Notes: generated by a model not told the origin, from the letters alone. A DNA stretch of 64,000 bases from Nitrososphaeria archaeon (GCA_963752255.1 CAVVXT010000007.1:32001-96000); one strand, 5' to 3'; counted from the first letter of the stretch, positions 9,551 through 18,323 are shown. Numbers and translations are program-made.

Positions 9551-10570
9551 CTAACAAACTTCATTGCCTTGCTTTCGCAAGTAATCCCAATAGCTTGTGT
9601 TTGATACAATCTTCTCAATGGCTTCTTCATCAATGTCTCCATGTTCATCTATTGGCACATGAATTTGTAACTTTGACAATTTTTCTCTGAAACATTTCCT
9701 ACCATAGGAGTAACGCCATATCTGTCGGTTGATGATGTATTGGATAAAAATAAGGGTGCTGGTTTTTAACAGTTTTTTTGGGATGCATACTGCAACATCA
9801 TCTTTAGCTGCAAATCTATAAGGATGATATTTTGTCGTCAATGGACGACCATTATAAGCTATGGTGAGAGTATTAGCGTATATCATATTTTTCGGAACAG
9901 AACAATACTTCACCAAACCATTGCCAGTTTCACCGCAAGAAATCAATGGAATCTTGCCATCAGGCAATTCAGAAGCATTATGATAATCACCACTGTGAAG
10001 TTCAAACACATCCGTGATACCAACATGAGCATACTTTAATTTTGGCTCGGGTATCTCCACCTTGTTAGTTTTGGAAGGTAAAAACTTTTGAATTGTCGCA
10101 TTTTTAAGGACATCTGCGATTTTATCCTGATCAATTTTTCCTTCATTATTTATCGGAAATAAAACGGAAAGTTTCTTGACTTTGTTCATGTAACTTTTTC
10201 TACCATACGAGAACCGCCAACGTTCCCTATTCAAATACGCAATTGTATAAAAAATTGTGGACAACTTTACACCTTCTCTTGGAATACATACCAAAACATT
10301 ATCTTTTGCAGCAAATCTATAAGGATGATAGAAACTTGTTAAAGGTGTACCATCACAAGCAATTGTAACGCAATTCTCATAAGTCTTTGGCAAAGGAATT
10401 TTGAAATATCCTTCTACTCCATGTTCTTCCGTCTTGCATGATATTAACGGTACATCACCTGATTCAAGATGAGAAGAGGCATGATAGTCGCCTGTTTTCA
10501 CTTGAGAAAAAACAGCGTCCACACTAAATCTTGAAAACTTAACTTCACTCATTCTAAGCCCCCCCTTCAT
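9551..10570 (-). CDS. Restriction-modification specificity subunit (BcgIB/HsdS-like, two TRD repeats)
   Basis: Two homologous halves (GDYH..PLISC..YHPYRFAAKD..CIP..WR.SYGRK); overlaps the MTase gene end. Confidence 0.85.
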   Translation of the reverse strand: MKGGLRMSEVKFSRFSVDAVFSQVKTGDYHASSHLESGDVPLISCKTEEHGVEGYFKIPLPKTYENCVTIACDGTPLTSFYHPYRFAAKDNVLVCIPREGVKLSTIFYTIAYLNRERWRFSYGRKSYMNKVKKLSVLFPINNEGKIDQDKIADVLKNATIQKFLPSKTNKVEIPEPKLKYAHVGITDVFELHSGDYHNASELPDGKIPLISCGETGNGLVKYCSVPKNMIYANTLTIAYNGRPLTTKYHPYRFAAKDDVAVCIPKKLLKTSTLIFIQYIINRQIWRYSYGRKCFREKLSKLQIHVPIDEHGDIDEEAIEKIVSNTSYWDYLRKQGNEVC

Positions 10571-12398
10571 GTGAAGTGCGAATCAAATAGGCTACAACAT
10601 CTCGCACAGTTTCCTCAACGCCTTTTTGAATATCATTCAGTGTTGGAACATTCTCATCTAAATAAGCCTCTGAAATCAACTCAAGCTCGGTATCATCGAA
10701 ATCAATTTTTGAGATTTTTTGAGACTCTGGAATACTCTCAACTTGAATATGTGGGTTCATGATGAAGGACTGTACCAAACCTTTAACTCTTTCAAGGTCA
10801 GTGGGGACGTTAGGATCGGCTTTGAGATCAGGAAGACGCTTTCCTTTGATTTTCCGATACCCATCATTTGTTATCTTAATCCAGAGAACACCTTGTTCAT
10901 GAGGGTGTGGATAACCCTTTCTGACGATTATGCCAAGAGAGGGCGGTTGTGATTGTGGGTAAAAGAGGTCTTCAGCGAAAGTAATTACAGAGAGAAGCGT
11001 GTTTCCAGCTAACAGATTTGACCTCCATGACTTGTATACACTTCCTTTGACCATTGTAGAACATGGCAATATAGAGAAAAGCAATCCCCCATCTTCCATT
11101 TGTTCTAATGCATGTTCTATGAAATCGAACTCTTTCTCATTACTTTTTTTCAATGCGAAAGGTGGATTCATCAAAACTTTTGTAATTGCCCTTTGTTCAT
11201 TCTTAACATCTCGTGAAACGAACTTTGCGGACGGTTCAGAATTGATGGTTGTAGCCACAATGCCTCGTGCAAAACAGTTGTCATTAATAATATTGTTTTT
11301 TCCATCTCCTCGAAATATCATGTTGGTTATTGCAAGTGTTGCAACACTTGACTGCAAGTCTACACCGAATATTCGATAAAGCCTAAATGCGTCAAGTTGT
11401 GATTGATTTGAGTTATTTTTCACATGATAAAAACTTGATACCAGAAATCCCCCTGTCCCGCATGTCGGATCGTAAATAACATCTTTGTGCGTGATATTCA
11501 AAACATCAGAAGCAAACTCCGTTATATGTCTTGGAGTTAGAACTATGCCCAAATCCTTTGCACCATTTCCGTATTTTAAGAATGCTTCGTAGAATCTACC
11601 TAATACATCAGAACCTGTCCTCATGGCTGCTTTTATGTTAACTTTCCGTAGTATAAAGAAACCTTGCACCAAAGCCTCTTTGAACCTATTCTTGGCATCC
11701 TGCTTTTCTGGCAATTGTATTTCTATATACTTAAAAAAGTCTTCCTTTCCATTCTTTTTTAATACTTCTTTTGCTCGAACGTTAATATCATTCACGAAAA
11801 CATCAGGGTTGTCATTATAATTCGGTTCAGTTTCCCCTAAGAGTGAAAGAAGCATTGTGGCAACTATGGTTGCTCTTTTATCCTTTCTTATTCCTGCCTC
11901 ATGAAATTTTTTGTTAATGTCATCAGCAGCTTTCAGCAATAGGTCGTCAAGAATATCAAATTCCTTTAAGATTGACGTTTTCTCATACATCAACCTCTTA
12001 GCAATCTCAGGAGTGAGAAGGCTCGTTATTTCCTTTCCTTCATATATTATAGGATGAAACTCCTTTTTTTCTTCAACCCAAAAAGCGTTTCTTACAAGAT
12101 ATTTGTCAATGTCATTTCCTGCTATACCAGTAACAATCATTGCCTTCACAAATTTATGATCATTAAGCAATGTGCCATACCATTTCGCTTCGCTGAACGC
12201 TTTTTCTATTTCCTCAAGAGTTGGCTTTGCTTCAATTACCCAAAAGGCATCTTCAGCTAATTTTACTACATATTCAGGGTGCAGTTTTACCCATTTGCTC
12301 GCAATCTCTCTGTTTTGATGACATTCGTTTTGTGTGTATACTTGCCCATTTGGATCTCTGTTAGGGTTGTTAACATTCCATCCTTTGTCTAAGCTCAT
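10554..12398 (-). CDS. Fused endonuclease/N6-adenine methyltransferase (BcgIA-like, type IIB); probable true start 12498 with a frameshift near 12390
   Basis: PE..VIEAK nuclease-like motif; LTPRH, DPTCGTGGFL and MNPPF gamma-class MTase motifs. Confidence 0.88.
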   Translation of the reverse strand: MSLDKGWNVNNPNRDPNGQVYTQNECHQNREIASKWVKLHPEYVVKLAEDAFWVIEAKPTLEEIEKAFSEAKWYGTLLNDHKFVKAMIVTGIAGNDIDKYLVRNAFWVEEKKEFHPIIYEGKEITSLLTPEIAKRLMYEKTSILKEFDILDDLLLKAADDINKKFHEAGIRKDKRATIVATMLLSLLGETEPNYNDNPDVFVNDINVRAKEVLKKNGKEDFFKYIEIQLPEKQDAKNRFKEALVQGFFILRKVNIKAAMRTGSDVLGRFYEAFLKYGNGAKDLGIVLTPRHITEFASDVLNITHKDVIYDPTCGTGGFLVSSFYHVKNNSNQSQLDAFRLYRIFGVDLQSSVATLAITNMIFRGDGKNNIINDNCFARGIVATTINSEPSAKFVSRDVKNEQRAITKVLMNPPFALKKSNEKEFDFIEHALEQMEDGGLLFSILPCSTMVKGSVYKSWRSNLLAGNTLLSVITFAEDLFYPQSQPPSLGIIVRKGYPHPHEQGVLWIKITNDGYRKIKGKRLPDLKADPNVPTDLERVKGLVQSFIMNPHIQVESIPESQKISKIDFDDTELELISEAYLDENVPTLNDIQKGVEETVRDVVAYLIRTSHEGGA

Positions 12399-12498
12399 TC
12401 TTGATGTAAGTGTAGGATTGAAATTCAGAATCTAAAGATTTTCTTCTCTTTTTTATTACTGCATCCTGTCCTTCAAAAGTTTTTTGGGATTCAACCAT
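12370..12498 (-). pseudogene. Out-of-frame N-terminal segment of the R-M subunit (42 aa)
   Basis: MVESQKTF...SEFQSYTYIKNELR joins DKGW in another frame; ATG lies 6 bp after the abrB-like stop. Confidence 0.7.
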
Positions 12499-12504
12499 AA
12501 CTTT

Positions 12505-12705
12505 TCATCCTTCCCTTAACGGTTCTACTATAATAGCCATTTTTCCGTTTATTACGTTGATTTGCCATTTAAGTTTATCCCCTTCTCTTAAATGAAACTG
12601 TCTCACAAAACCTATGGGAATTGTAGTTCGCAGAGATTTACTTTTTGTGGTTGCTACCGCTATTGTTGTGATTTCTCCTTCTTGGTCTTTTGATTGGTTC
12701 GCCAT
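12505..12705 (-). CDS. AbrB/SpoVT-like DNA-binding protein
   Basis: SLRTTIP..FV....LREGDKLKW swapped-hairpin pattern. Confidence 0.85.
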   Translation of the reverse strand: MANQSKDQEGEITTIAVATTKSKSLRTTIPIGFVRQFHLREGDKLKWQINVINGKMAIIVEPLREG

Positions 12706-12709
12706 CGCT

Positions 12710-12813
12710 TACCTATGGATAGGTGCCTACCTATAAACTTACCTATTAGATTACCAATAGATTTACCTAAAAATTTATATAGTTAGGTAATCATATAGGT
12801 ATGGCGATAGGTA
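12710..12813. promoter_or_regulatory. Divergent promoter with 12-bp-phased TACCTA/TAGGTA repeat array around a TATA box
   Basis: TACC(T/A)A at 12728, 12740, 12752, 12764; TTTATATA at 12774; TAGGTA at 12784, 12796, 12808; palindrome at 12710-12725. Confidence 0.75.
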
Positions 12814-12814
12814 A

Positions 12815-13927
12815 ATGATTAACAATCTGCGTGAACAAAAAGGAAAGGAAATAGCCCAACTTGAAGGGCAAATAAAAAGGATTGACGGTCATTTATACAA
12901 AGTTAACTCCCAAAGTGGTAACGGTGTCTATGATGTTTTCAGCACAGAGTTAGGCTGGAAATGCTCTTGCCTCGACCACCAGTTTCGTGGCGTGAAGTGC
13001 AAGCATATATTCGGGGTTGAGTTCTCACTTGAATTAAGACGAGAGGTCGAAAACTCTATCATAATCAAGCCAGTAAGCATTCAAATATGTCCTGAATGCC
13101 AATCTAATGATATTGTAAAGCATGGTATAAGACACAATGAATCAGTTGACATTCAGAGATACTACTGCAAGGCTTGTGGTAAATGGTTCGTCATTAACTT
13201 AGGATTCGAAAAGATGCACGCCACCCCTCAAATGATAACCTCTGCCATGCAACTCTATTTCACGGGAGAATCATTAAGAAGTGTGCAGAAGTTCTTAAGA
13301 TTACAAGGCGTAAACATATCCCATGTAGCCGTCTATAAGTGGATAAGAAAATATGTAGGTCTAATGGAGAAATATCTTGACCAAATAAAGCCCAACGTTG
13401 GCGATACTTGGAGAGCCGATGAACTTTATGTTAAGATCAAAGGAAATATGAAATATCTCTTTGCACTTATGGACGACGACACACGCTTTTGGATAGCTCA
13501 AGAGGTAGCGGACACAAAATACACCCATGACGCAAGAAGACTATTCCAATTAGGCAAAGAAGCAACTGGAAAGAGACCAGAGACCTTAATCACCGATGGT
13601 CTACCAACTTACCACGACGCATACAAGAAAGAGTTTTACACCAACTATAAGCCGAGAACCGAGCATGTAAAAGAAATTCGTTTAAGCGGGGAAATCCACA
13701 ACAACAAGATGGAGAGGATGAACGGTGAAATCAGGGATAGGGAGAAGGTTATGAGGGGATTAAAGAAGGGCAATACACCAATCCTGAAAGGCTATCAGAT
13801 TTTCCACAACTATCTAAGACCGCATGAGGCGTTAGATGGACAAACCCCTGCTGACAAGTGTGGAATCAAAGTCGAGGGAGATAACAAGTGGATAACATTA
13901 ATACAGAACGCAAGTAAGAATATTTGA
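12815..13927 (+). CDS. IS6-family DDE transposase with N-terminal SWIM finger and Zn ribbon
   Basis: CSC....CKH SWIM; CPEC/CKAC ribbon; WRADELYVK, ITDG..Y, NNKMER catalytic motifs. Confidence 0.92.
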   Translation: MINNLREQKGKEIAQLEGQIKRIDGHLYKVNSQSGNGVYDVFSTELGWKCSCLDHQFRGVKCKHIFGVEFSLELRREVENSIIIKPVSIQICPECQSNDIVKHGIRHNESVDIQRYYCKACGKWFVINLGFEKMHATPQMITSAMQLYFTGESLRSVQKFLRLQGVNISHVAVYKWIRKYVGLMEKYLDQIKPNVGDTWRADELYVKIKGNMKYLFALMDDDTRFWIAQEVADTKYTHDARRLFQLGKEATGKRPETLITDGLPTYHDAYKKEFYTNYKPRTEHVKEIRLSGEIHNNKMERMNGEIRDREKVMRGLKKGNTPILKGYQIFHNYLRPHEALDGQTPADKCGIKVEGDNKWITLIQNASKNI

Positions 13928-13984
13928 CAATCCTCTAATTTTTTTATTGTGGACTAAAGTAAAAAAAATTTATATATTAATTTA

Positions 13985-14356
13985 TTGAATTTACAGAAAA
14001 TGGCACTCAGTTCCGATATTATAACTGTGTTTTTACTCTTTCTTTTTATTTTTATTCCTGTTGCGGTGATATTGCTCTCTAATATTATTTATAATAAATT
14101 AGCAAGAACAGAAGAAGAAGTTGCAGTAGATTATACGGGACAGTTGGTTTCTGGGCTTGTAGCAGGTATAATAGTTGCATCTGCAACATCCTTTACAGAA
14201 CTTAGTCAAATGAACCTTAGCTTTGAAGCAAAAATAACAGTTGGTTTAGTAATTGTGGCAATCATTTTTGCTGTTATGACATTTGGATTGTATATATTTA
14301 CCAAAACCAAATCAAAAAATAAAAAACAAGAGCACACGATTTATCAGTATGACTGA
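13985..14356 (+). CDS. Three-TM membrane protein (transposon passenger)
   Basis: Three hydrophobic helices, basic tail, own TATA box. Confidence 0.6.
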   Translation: MNLQKMALSSDIITVFLLFLFIFIPVAVILLSNIIYNKLARTEEEVAVDYTGQLVSGLVAGIIVASATSFTELSQMNLSFEAKITVGLVIVAIIFAVMTFGLYIFTKTKSKNKKQEHTIYQYD

Positions 14357-14475
14357 TATTCATAGGTTGTATAAGATTTACCCTAACCTTTTGAACCATG
14401 CACAACGAACGCAACACCAATATTTTCCTAAATCGCATGCACAATGGATACATAAGAACCGACCAAAGATTTGAG

Positions 14476-14527
14476 CATGAGCCGACGGTTAACACCAAGA
14501 TTGACGAGCCGATAAGTTAACAGAACC
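14476..14527 (-). repeat. Right terminal inverted repeat
   Basis: Exact reverse complement of 8337-8388. Confidence 0.95.
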
Positions 14528-14954
14528 TGGAAACGGACGTTGACAGAAGTTTATCAATGAAGCCAAAACGTCGATCTAGAACAACCGATGTGGAACTATA
14601 AGTGGTTGCAAGGAGTGTTATGAAAATAACAATACCGCAAGCTAAGAAAGAGAAGTAATCAGTTACGCCAAATACATTCGTCATTATGTGCGATTGCAGA
14701 CCACTAAAATATGTGCTTATTTGCAGGAGTTGTTGTTGAGTGGCTGGTGGAGTAATTATTAAAGCAGGAAATTGGCCAGCTGTGAATATTCCGTTTATGT
14801 TTATGCCTTTTCCAAGCAGACCCATCCATATAATAGGCTGGGCAACAGTGAGAACGAATACAACGGGATTTTTGAACCATTTTATGAGTTCACGACCCGT
14901 TAGCGCTCCCAAACCATGTAGGGGATTGTTCGAATCTCTGGCGTTGCCCGTCAT
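14517..14954 (-). pseudogene. ABC-2 permease truncated by the transposon right end
   Basis: RELIKW..P, DRRFGFIDKLLSTSVSR, then the frame stops inside the TIR; about half the expected length. Confidence 0.85.
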
Positions 14955-14957
14955 ACA

Positions 14958-15878
14958 TCATCGCATCCTTCTTCCTTCTGCTCTTTGCATAGTCTCCCTT
15001 TGCCGAAAAACCGTAACTTTAGATCCTTCCTCTTCCCGCAAACTCTTGCCCGTGAACTCAATGTAAACTTCATCCAGCGTGGGTTTCGCCAATGAAAACC
15101 TTGCCACCTTATATCCTTCCGTTCTCACTGCATCTATTATGTCTGGAGCAGCTTCCTCTCCGTCTTCTACCTTTATCCTATAAGTGCTATCCTGCCTTTT
15201 CACTTCCTTAACTCTTGGAACTCTTTCAATTATGCCAGAAATATCTGTGGCATCTTGGATGCTTAACATTATAATGTCTCCGCCGAGACCTTTTTTCAAA
15301 TCATTTGGAGTGCCAATGGTAACTATTTTTCCATGGTCAATGATGGCAATACGGTCGCAGATCGAGTCAGCCTCTTCCATATAATGCGTTGTCAGAAATA
15401 GAGTCATTAAAAATTCTTTTTTCAACGTTTTGAGGTAATTCCAAGTGGCTGCTCTTGTTTGGACATCTAATCCCAAGGTGGGTTCGTCTAGAAAGAGCAC
15501 TTTAGGGCTGTTAATTAAACTGCAAACAACTTCTAACCTTCTGCGCATTCCTCTCGAGTAAGTTTGAACTTCTTTGTCTTTGAATGCGGTTAACTCAACT
15601 AGGTTCAAGAGTTCCAAGGCACGTTTCTTCGAAATATCCTTTGGAACTCCGTAAAGGGCTGCGCATAACAATATGTTCTGATAGCCTGTTAGATCTTCGT
15701 CGGCAGTATATTCCTGTGGCAACATACCGATCGAGTTCTTGACGCTTGAATTCTGTTTGGCAACATCTTTGCCAAGTATCAAGGCCCTACCTTCTGTTGG
15801 CTTTAGTATTGTGGTGAGCATTTTGATAGTTGTTGTTTTTCCAGCACCATTTGGCCCTAAAAAACCAAAATTCTCGCC
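14958..15878 (-). pseudogene. DrrA-type ABC ATPase lacking its native 5' end
   Basis: GPNGAGKTT, LFLDEPT, TTHYMEEA; sequence upstream of GENFG is the antisense of an HTH gene. Confidence 0.85.
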
Positions 15879-16074
15879 TGATTCGCCGCTTAATGCTTTG
15901 ACTGAAAAGCAAAGACGAGTCCTCATTACGGCGTACAAGTTAGGGTATTATGACTTGCCAAGAAAAATCAGTTCTGAACAATTATCAAGAAAACTCAACC
16001 TTCACAAATCCGCTTTGGCGACGCACCGCAGAAAAGCAGAACTACGCATACTCACTCAGATGCTAAAAGAATAA
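15877..16074 (+). pseudogene. C-terminal HTH_10 (bacterio-opsin activator type) regulator fragment
   Basis: LTEKQRRVL..AY.LGYYD.PRKIS..L...L...K.....H.RKAE. Confidence 0.85.
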
Positions 16075-16145
16075 TGCCGAGGTAGCCACTTGACCAATCA
16101 AAGGGATTTCCCGCATTTTCTCTTAGAAATAACTAATGGAAAAAG

Positions 16146-16244
16146 GACTTAAACCCTTTTGGGTATAGGTCCCACCGAACTTGAACCTAATTGCCCTTCT
16201 AATAATTTACCAGTAGATTTATGCCGAAATCCCACCCCCCACAC
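16146..16244 (+). repeat. Second copy of the 75-bp element end plus a degenerate tRNA-Leu 3' fragment
   Basis: ...TAATTTACCAGTAGATTT then AATCCCACCCCCCACAC-TAAT versus tRNA-Leu AATCCCACCCCCCGCAC-TAAT. Confidence 0.7.
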
Positions 16245-16471
16245 TAATAGACCGAACACGCGATCTCATCTTCAATTAAAACTTTTAGAAAGGTGAATCC
16301 ACACTTTTCGTAGAGTTTCTGCAGTGTTTGAGTTCTTGCAGGACTTTCCACAGACGTTTATTCCAGATAGATGGAAAGGTGATATTTAGGGTTTATTGTC
16401 TCAATCAGTCAAAAGATTACTTCATCCGTCTAATAAAAGGTTAAAAATGTACAAACAATTATAAATTTTAA

Positions 16472-17557
16472 ATGGCAAAAAACATCAAATGGATAGGAAT
16501 CATCATAGGTTTGATCTTAATTGGAATGATACTAGGGATTTCACTTTTCCAAAATGTTACAACGACTTCGCCTTCCACAGTAACATCAACAACCACAGAA
16601 CATTCCACTTATACATCGACCTTTACAACTACATTTCTAACTATGTCGGCAATAACATCGACTCAGACTTTAACTACGACACTGCCAGTAACCATTACAG
16701 CAACTTCTCCGCAATATACTACAGTTACGACAACAGCAACTTCAGTTCAGCCTTCGGGCGAAGTTGTTGGCGTCTATTTTTCCCCCAACGGTGGCTGTGC
16801 GGATAAGGTAGCATATTGGATAAGCCGAGCAAATTCTTCCATACACGTTCTGATATATAGTTTTACGCTCACAAATATCGGTGATTCGTTGATACAGGCA
16901 AAGAATAAGGGTGTAGACGTTAAAGTTGTCTTTGAAAAGAGTCAGGTCAGTCAGGACTCTCAGTATTTCAGGCTCGCAAACGCAGGCTTGGATGTAAGAA
17001 ATGACACTAACCCAGACCTAATGCACAATAAGGTCGCGATAATAGACGGATACATCATAATAACGGGGAGCTTCAACTGGTCCAGTGCTGCAGAGAGTGA
17101 CAACAACGAAAACATGATCATCATAAACAGCAGCAACCTTGCGGTCAGATATGAGGCAGTGTTCCAGCAGATCTGGAGCCTTAGCATATCTACATCAAGT
17201 CAGACCACTAAAACCTCTACAACACTGCCCAGTGCAGTCACCATCTACGAAGCACATTATGATGCTGCAGGAGACGACTGGAACAACTTAAACGATGAAT
17301 ACATTATAATTAAGAACTTTGGAAATGCTGTTGTATCTTTGACAGGATGGCAGCTTGTAGATTCGATTGGGCATACTTTCACATTCCCAGAGTTCTCCTT
17401 GTATCCTGGAGGTACTGTAACTGTTTACACTGGCTCCGGCATGAACACGGTGACTGCGCTTTACTGGGGGTCGGCAAGTCCGATATGGAACAACGACCAT
17501 GATACAGCGTACCTTTACGACCAAAATAGGAACTTGATCGATAAGAAGATCTGGTAA
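16472..17557 (+). CDS. Membrane-anchored or secreted PLD-family (Nuc-like) nuclease with lamin-tail domain
   Basis: Signal anchor; Thr-rich linker; FSPNGG; HNKVAIID..TGSFNW..N.EN; C-terminal DEYIIIKN..LTGW..IWNN..D lamin-tail pattern. Confidence 0.88.
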   Translation: MAKNIKWIGIIIGLILIGMILGISLFQNVTTTSPSTVTSTTTEHSTYTSTFTTTFLTMSAITSTQTLTTTLPVTITATSPQYTTVTTTATSVQPSGEVVGVYFSPNGGCADKVAYWISRANSSIHVLIYSFTLTNIGDSLIQAKNKGVDVKVVFEKSQVSQDSQYFRLANAGLDVRNDTNPDLMHNKVAIIDGYIIITGSFNWSSAAESDNNENMIIINSSNLAVRYEAVFQQIWSLSISTSSQTTKTSTTLPSAVTIYEAHYDAAGDDWNNLNDEYIIIKNFGNAVVSLTGWQLVDSIGHTFTFPEFSLYPGGTVTVYTGSGMNTVTALYWGSASPIWNNDHDTAYLYDQNRNLIDKKIW

Positions 17558-17739
17558 CTCAAAATTTCTCTTACTCAATAATGATTAATGTAGTATAAAG
17601 TATCAATACGCTGCATAAAGAGAGTTAAACTAAAATTTCAGAATCAATTGTCGAGTTTAATTTATGTTAGCCTTTTTTTGTTCTATCTCCAAAAATGCTT
17701 TATATCATAATAATCATTTGATTTCCATCAACTTTTTTT

Positions 17740-17949
17740 CTAAAGTCTGACTTTTCTGTGTCTTGTGTAGTCTAATATCAGTGCACCAATAATAGCCAGC
17801 GTCCCAACGACAGAAAGTGGGAGAAGAAGAATTGGAAGATTTCCTGACTCTGGCAATCCCTGTTGCCCGTTTCTAAGCGTGTAGCTGGAAACTGGTGTAC
17901 TTGTGCCCTGTTCGTAAAGTGTTGAAAGCTTCCTGAGTTTGAAAAGACA
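17740..17949 (-). pseudogene. Orphan C-terminal tail of a surface protein (LPESG, TM helix, basic tail)
   Basis: ...GLPESGNLPILLLPLSVVGTLAIIGALILDYTRHRKVRL*, no suitable start in frame. Confidence 0.45.
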
Positions 17950-18023
17950 TCATGAAGCCCTTATATCCAGTTAAATAGAGAGCTTTTATTCTCAAGTGCT
18001 CAAATAATTTAGAAAAGTTGCTT

Positions 18024-18323
18024 CTAAAGAAAACGTGCTTTCTTTAACTCTCCGTTGACTTTGTTAAATTCTTTGAAGGTGTCTTTTAGTGAAATCGGCG
18101 CCTTTCTCTGCATATATTTACCTGAAATAAAAAGGGCCCATCCAACCGCATCTGATATTGTCGGATCGGGCAACGCTACCAAAGCGATGCCGAAGTTAGA
18201 AATTTTTTTGCCAACATTTGTTGAATGAGTAATGTTATACACTCTGGGCTTTAGAGAATTCGAGTCTATACAAGAACCTGTTTTTTTTAAAAAAGAATAA
18301 TGTTCATCATATTCAGTAGACAC
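18024..18323 (-). CDS. Hypothetical protein
   Basis: 99-aa ORF with GIALVALPDPTISD.VG hydrophobic segment. Confidence 0.5.
   Translation of the reverse strand: MSTEYDEHYSFLKKTGSCIDSNSLKPRVYNITHSTNVGKKISNFGIALVALPDPTISDAVGWALFISGKYMQRKAPISLKDTFKEFNKVNGELKKARFL

Larger units (their letters stand above)
8337..14527. mobile_element. IS6-like cargo transposon (6191 bp) with 52-bp perfect terminal inverted repeats
   Basis: TIRs begin GGTTCTGTT (IS257/IS1216-like tip); single DDE transposase inside; RM cargo. Confidence 0.88.

Noticed and set aside
13921-13935. TTGACAATCC after the transposase stop as an inner IS6 IR
   Set aside because: Weak similarity to the IS6 tip and no partner copy found upstream of the transposase.
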